A stretch of DNA of 41,182 nucleotides, from assembly GCF_001194135.2 (NCBI RefSeq), contig NC_068986.1, forward strand, positions 14,623,492 to 14,664,673, written 5' to 3'. Under the pieces are notes generated by a model, which saw nothing but the letters and a program-made list of their open reading frames with translations, was not told the origin of the DNA and ran no database searches. Each line of letters begins with the position of its first letter. The first letter of the stretch is position 1. Shown here piece by piece: positions 34,881 to 41,182 of the stretch. A program made the translations under genes and the position numbers. Source of the DNA: Octopus bimaculoides (Eukaryota).

Positions 34881-35395
34881 ATAGCGTGTGTGTAAGACAG
34901 TACGTGTGTCATATATCTGAGTGTGTAGAATGACTCACATAGATATGATCAGAGTTAATTGATATTCAGTGGCCCAGACAAATATGTTGTTCGTGTCTAA
35001 GTGACCTTCGTTATTTATATATTAAAATATTTCACATGTAGTGAGACACGTCATGTCTAGACGAAATGTATCTCTTATTCTCGAAGACATTAGACAAGAT
35101 AACAAAGTGGATTACGCAAATTATATGTTTTAGAAGACATATATCATTATAGTCTTGTTATTAAATACCGATTCTCGCCAAATCCTATTTCATTTCTTTT
35201 TCTGCTTCATTTATGTCATAATTCTTAGCAAATATTACTGTTCAAATATGTCTACCATTTGCAACTTAAAACAGAAAAGAGTAAAAATATATTACGCGAA
35301 ACAATATGCATGAAACGTTTCTTAAGAGCGGCGCTTTTATATGTGTGTATATCTTAGGAAGCTGGGTCTGGGCACATGCAAGCTAAGTATGCGCA

Positions 35396-35433
<38 letters not shown>

Positions 35434-35654
35434 ATGACACATATATATACATGTATGTATGTATGTATGTATGTATGTATGTATGTNNNNNNNNNNTATG
35501 TATGTATGTATGTATGTATGTATGTGTGCATGCATGTAAGTATACTTGTACACACATACACACATACACACACACACACAGACACACACACACACACAGA
35601 GACACACACACACACATACACACACACACACACACACACATATATATGTTGTCT

Positions 35655-36260
35655 CACCTAGCATTGGAGGGATAGATCTGCATACAGTTGACTTTGTATG
35701 TGATTTTAAATGAGTGACGTACCCAGTTTTAGAGAGCAGTAAACGACCACACACACTAGAAATGCAGCTCACTATGTTCTTAGTGATATTCATTCTGTGG
35801 CCTTATCGAAGCTTGTGTTTCAGATATTTATGATCAAGACGTCTCTCTTCAAACGTTCTGCAGCCTTCCTTCATTTACCCCGCTTTAATGCAAGCATTTC
35901 CCAGTTCTGATCTTCAAGCGGAATATCTGTAAGGTTGTTGTTTGTTCAATCTTTATACCTTTTTCTTTGTGCTGAGAGCGTTTCCCATTGTGCAATTACC
36001 GTAAAATAGTTGTATTGAGAGTCTTTTCTCATTCATGCGCACAACATGGCCTACCCAACTCATTTGCGAGGATATGGTAGCAATGTCAATGGCCGTGCAG
36101 CCAGCATCTAAAAGGATTTGTGTGTCAGATATTTTCTGCAGCCGTTTGATGCTTAGGATTCATCTTAAACCCTTTTGGTAAAAGTGGTCATGCAAATTAA
36201 GACAATATGTTCAGTGTGCAAAACGATCTGCAAATCAATACGTGGTCTTAAGGATGACAT
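35655..36260 (-). mobile_element. RTE-clade LINE 3' part, heavily decayed
   Basis: Minus strand HFYQKGLR*ILSIK...QMSWVGHVVRMNEKRLSIQLFYG... followed by a C-terminal Cys/His region (CGR..LSKTGYVTHLKSH). Confidence 0.75.
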
Positions 36261-36420
36261 CCAACAAGTTGACTTAATACATCGAAAAGAGGGAACATCT
36301 TTTATCTGTATGTTTGACGCAGACCGTAAAAATCTAATTTTGGATTAAGAGTCAAAATGATTCATTCGCCGCAAAAGCACTATCTTATTAATCCGACAAC
36401 GGAGACAAAGCTCCTAACCG

Positions 36421-36680
36421 TCGTAGATATAACCATTTCCGTGATTTCGAATTTTGATGCAGAGAATATTAATTGTCTTCAGTGACTTCTACAGCACCAG
36501 GAGTTAAGCTCAACACGCCTCGTTAACTTATAAGAAAAACCGTTGAAAACATGTACTGATTTTAAAAACGGTAGGAGTGAAAAGTATAAATAATGTGGGT
36601 GGCTTATTAGCAATCGAATAACCAGAATTAAGATACTCTCCATCAAAATTCGGAATCCGGTGATATGGCTATATCTGCGA
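36421..36680. mobile_element. Old MITE-like inverted-repeat element with ~55-bp diverged arms
   Basis: 36421-36474 versus 36626-36680: shared core CATCAAAATTCG.AATC..ATGG.TATATCT in reverse complement; no clear TSD. Confidence 0.55.
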
Positions 36681-37789
36681 TCGTAGGGAGATTTGTCGAT
36701 AAATTTCACTTGAGCACACTAAAAGTCGATTTAATAGATTTACTTCCTTACCCGAAGTGGCTCGTCTTGTTCCAAAACTTCAAACCATCATTATCATCAT
36801 ATCATTGTTGATCCCCGCCTTCTCCTTGATCACGATCGTTGATGTTATGCAATAATAGCAATTTTGTAATATATATAATCTTATTTCACTATAATTTATT
36901 ACAAATTCCATTACCATTTCATGCAAATATTATGTAACGTCGCTCTATGCCAAAGAACAACTGATTTACACGCAACGCGTTTTTATTTCCATTATTTATT
37001 TCATATTCATACATGTGAGATATACGAACAGACTAAATTTATAATGCAATATATAATGCTACATAAATCAGTTTATATTCGCTGTTTCAATTAGAAACAT
37101 GTTTAGACAATTCTGCAAGGTGTATTGTATAAATCACTTTGTATATATGTTGCAAGATGCCAGTGCTCCAGCATGGCTAGTAACTATATAATATATATTA
37201 TGGCTTCTTTAAGAATTTCGGTTTAGAACTGCTAATCTTGATTTAGACCCCACTGTAATGCACATCACACAAATGTCCCCTACAATAAAGTCGGTAAGGT
37301 CGGAAGACTATCAAGACGAAGAACGTGATAAATGTTTGCAAATATTTCTCTGTAATGCAGCATAAAATTTAATTCAAATATGTAAGGGGATGTCAATGAA
37401 CGATAACATAGGAAAGATACTGTATTATGTTATGCAGTTAGTTTATTGAAAGTAAAATATTTCGGGAGAATGTTCCCCTTTTCAAGTAGAAGGAAAAATA
37501 ATCAAAATGTACATAGAAATGAACTGTTATAGGTATGATATTCTAGAGTGTCGTGACAAAGACACAGAGACAACAGCAGCTATCACGTCAAAACTTAAGC
37601 AGTAATAGCCGTACTGGGGATGTGAATTTGAAAGTTAATGACAGTGCATAAAGGCTGTCAGTTTGCATGCAACACCGTATGTAATACCTTGCGTCATAAA
37701 TTGACGGGCATGTATGTCCTCTTTTTAAATTCAGTAAGTCGCCTTTGCTACGCATACTTCCTGTGCCAATAATTCAAAGTACCCAGTCA

Positions 37790-38690
37790 TGAATTGGGTT
37801 CTATGGTAAACTTTTGGGAATCTAGCATGGAAATCCTTTTCTTCCCAATCACATAACCTTTCTCCTTTTTATGATTTTCAACTTTATTTGGCGTTTTGGT
37901 CTCCCCGTGTCCTACTGTGACACTAGCAGCTCTTAAACTTTCTTCCCAATTACCTACGTGGGAGATTATGTCTACTCCAGAAAACTCCATGCAGTCTTCT
38001 ACTGATATTAACCCTCTTCCACATTCCTTTATAATCTTGCAACTCCAGCCTTAATTGAGGTCCTCCATTCATATTGATTCCTTCCTATGTCTTTATCTAG
38101 ATTCACTAATTCAGATTTTGACTAATGTACAAAAGATGCTGAATATATAAGTAATGGTACTGCTCATGTATTTACAACCCTCACTAGATTTGAACCATTT
38201 AACTTTGACTTCACTAGCTTCCTCATCTTTCCGGTTTACTCCCCAGTTTTCATTTTAAGTCTATAGTCAGTACTCTGTCAGATTCTAACATTCGTAGATG
38301 CTTATGATTCTTTCCTTTTTCCAGTGATTTAATGTCTGGCCATCTGGTTTTTGGATACCTTCATTGCTGACTATCGGTCACTTGTTTATGGTTAATATTG
38401 CACACCTATCTATGCTAATTTTCATACCTGTATCTTTGCTGAACAGACTTACAGCTTGCATTAAGGAATCTCGCCCTTTTTTTATTCTTGCTAAAAAGCT
38501 TCAGATCATCCATGTACAGCTAATGGTTAATGTTTGCTTAACTATTTCTGAAATGGTACCCTGGGAACAGATCTACTTACCATGTATTCGTGCTAAAGCT
38601 AATTCTCTTAAATTGTCTGCAATACTGAATATGCTCAAACATTCACTTATTTATGAGTGCGGAATCATCTCATAGACTTTCTTATAATCT
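37790..38690 (-). mobile_element. R4/Dong-clade reverse transcriptase fragment, pseudogenised
   Basis: Minus strand FSKDTGMKISIDRCAILTI...KMRKLVKSKLNGSNLVRVVNT*AVPLLIYSA...KECGRGLISVEDCME; abuts (ATT)n at about 38695-38728. Confidence 0.75.
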
Positions 38691-38727
38691 ATCCTATTAT
38701 TATTATCAGTATTATTGTTATCATTAT

Positions 38728-38925
38728 TAAGGCGGCGAGCCGGAAAGGATGCTTAGGCTCATTTAGTCCGTCTTTACGTTCTGAGTTTAAATTACGCCGA
38801 GGTTCACTTTGTCTTTCATCCTTTCATGGACGAAACATTAAGTACCAGTTCAGTACTGGGGTCGATGTAATCGTCCTTAACCACTCCTCCCAAATTTCAG
38901 GTCTTATGCCTATAGTAGAAAAGAT
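38728..38925 (+). mobile_element. SINE family B with a deletion in the head, flanked by (ATT)n
   Basis: AAGGCGGCGAGC..ATGCTTAG..GTCCGTCTTTACGTTCTGAGTT..TAAGTACCAGTT..ACTGGGGTCGATGTAATCG. Confidence 0.85.
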
Positions 38926-40359
38926 TATTGTCATTAGTATTGTTGTTGTTACCATTATAAGCAGAAATCTTTGCCATATTTATTCTACTTCGTCATGCAT
39001 TGAGTTCAAATCCTATGAGATAAATTTGCAGATTGTCATCGTTCCGGAGACAATGAAATGAAAATCCTACAAATAAAAATAGCTGTTCCTTTCTGTCTGC
39101 GTACGCATGGACGAAATAATGACTATTAACCATTCGTCACTAGACGCGGAGTCTTTTAACTTGTCCAAACTTTATTTGAGTCAAATATTGGATTGTAATT
39201 CTCACCGGGCCGTCCTCTACGACTGATAAACCCTGCAACAGAGACAGAAAAATACATGTCTTAGTTGTAAAAATTTCGTCTACAAGAATATAATAAATAG
39301 CAGAGAAGCAACCGGTATAGAAGAGTTATAGTCAAACAAGATGTCCGACCTCTGGTGAAAAACAATATAATTTTCTATTTTGTACCTCGTCATACGATAA
39401 GGAAAAAAAAAATAATACTAAAAAACATGCATATAAATATATAGTAAACCAAAAAAATATCCGTTGCTGATATTTCGTCTCTATGTTTTATGTCAATGCT
39501 CACAGAACAAACATACAGAGAGTTTTCACAGTTGCTAATCCTATTTCTGTTTCTTTACAAATAAAGCTCATACAAGAATTGAGAGATCGGCGACGTAGGC
39601 AGTTCCAAGTGTTAAACAAATGACAAATAAGATTGCGGTGTTTTTTGTTGGTTTTGTTTTTTGCTTTTATTATCTTCCTTTTACTGGATGTGTTGTACGA
39701 TTTTATTTTCATTGTTTTTCATTTGACAGTAGAGGGTCAGGCGCGGAGTGTGGCTCTCTTATTTCTCTTTGGCATCAGTTAATAATAAATTAAACTGCCT
39801 CGTGTTTCCCTTCCTGCAAAATAAATGAATGTATATATATATATATATNNNNNNNNNNNNNNNNNNNNNNNNNNNNNNNNNNNNNNNNNNNNNNNNNNNN
39901 NNNNNNNNNNNNNNNNNNNNNNNNNNNNNNNNNNNNNNNNNNNNNNNNNNNNNNNNNNNNNNNNNNNNNNNNNNNNNNNNNNNNNNNNNNNNNNATATAT
40001 ATAACATGTGAACCCCTATGTATCTGTATTTATGTAAGTAGCGTTAGTGTGTGTGAATGTCAAATGAGAAAAGCGAGTTAAAGCAACAAAACGAAGGTTG
40101 CCGATAACAAGAAGCAAGAAGTGCTTATAAAATTTGTTTTTAGAATAATTAACACTGTTTTGCGACAAGGACAAGGTAACTTGAAGCGAAAGCGAAAGTA
40201 GAATCAAGAAAAACAATGAAATGGAAGAATATGAGGTGGAACAAAATGGAAGAGAGGGTGGAAACGGGTGGAAAAGGGTGGAAAAGGGAATGAGGTGGCG
40301 GAGAAAAGGAACGAAAGACGTGAAAAGAATACGAAGGTGAAACAGAAGCTGAAGGAAAA

Positions 40360-40800
40360 AACAACAGGAGAAATGAAGAGTAAGAAGAGGAAGAAGTCGC
40401 AAAAGAAGAGGAAGAAGAAGAAAAAGAAGAAGAAGAAGAGGTGGAGGAAGTAGAAACATGAAGGAGAGGAAGAAGAAGGAAGAGAAGAAGAGTAAGAAAA
40501 GGAGTAGAAAAGGAAGAAGCAGAAGAAAAGAAGGAGAAGATGAAGAAGAAGAAGAAGAAGAAGAAGAAGAAGAAGAAGAAGAAGAAGAAGAAGAAGAAGA
40601 AGAAGAAGAAGAAGACGACGAATTTGAAGATGATGAAGGTGACGGTGGTGGTATTGGTGCTGATGGAGTAGTAATGGCGATAGTGGTGGCGGTGTTAGTG
40701 GTAGTGTTTTGGTGGTGTTGCTGACGATGATGGGATGATGGTCGTGATGACAACCGATGATGATAATAATGATAATGATGATGATGACGACGACGATAAT
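40360..40800. repeat. Compound trinucleotide tract (GAA)n-(GGT)n-(GAT)n
   Basis: Direct reading; source of the poly-E, poly-K and poly-S pseudo-ORFs. Confidence 0.95.
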
Positions 40801-40904
40801 GATATTGGAATATCAGATTGTAAAAATAACACAGCGATTTGAAGGATGAAAGTGTACAAAGTTAGAAAAGATAACGTAAAAATTATGATGCAAAGAGACA
40901 GCCA

Positions 40905-41145
40905 GACTCAGGGAGAGAGAGTGAGAGAGAGGGAGAGGGAGAGAGAGAGAGAGTTAATCAGTAGGTAGATAGACAACATAGATAGGTAGATAGACATGTT
41001 GAGGGATAGATAGCTTGATACATAGAGGGAGAAAGAGAGAGAAGGAGAGAAATAGAAAGGTAGATATATAGATAGATAGATTGATAGATAGATAGACAGA
41101 AAGACAGACAGACAGACAGATAGACAGACATATGGATAAATAGAC

Positions 41146-41182
<37 letters not shown>
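40905..41182. repeat. (GA)n, (GATA)n and (GACA)n microsatellites
   Basis: Direct reading of the sequence. Confidence 0.95.

Noticed and set aside
39730-39789. Possible terminal exon (EGQARSVALLFLFGIS*) with AATAAA
   Set aside because: The acceptor is strong, but the segment also resembles a decayed SINE head and cannot be linked to any upstream exon.
8228-40011. Long ORFs spanning N-runs and YI/CV/TH dipeptide repeats
   Set aside because: They are artefacts of assembly gaps and dinucleotide microsatellites.
40016-40753. Poly-Ser, poly-Glu and poly-Lys ORFs
   Set aside because: They are translations of (GAA)n and related tracts, with no splice or domain support.

Overview
This is AT-rich, microsatellite-dense eukaryotic scaffold DNA with 11 assembly gaps. 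The SINE families and repeat landscape look like an octopod cephalopod genome, but that is an inference from memory and was not checked. No intact protein-coding gene can be supported, and nearly all ORF-track entries are microsatellite or N-run artefacts. The window is a patchwork of decayed mobile elements: three tRNA-derived SINE types, two RTE LINE 3' ends, R4/Dong-like and Hero-like RLE retrotransposon fragments, and several Tc1/mariner remnants, including a MITE and a 555-bp near-perfect palindromic mariner. The most notable signal is four minimal type I hammerhead ribozyme motifs (17029, 17509, 25448 and 33875). Their stems have different sequences but all pair, their loop III is palindromic, and their cores are non-canonical (U4C, or the U3-A8 swap). 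Three of them sit in small (AT)n-embedded elements whose post-ribozyme tail is copied upstream in inverted orientation. One is a terminally redundant 351-nt monomer plus an inverted piece that reads through the monomer junction, as expected for a Penelope-mobilised retrozyme-like or circular RNA intermediate. A few possible short exons are noted at low confidence.
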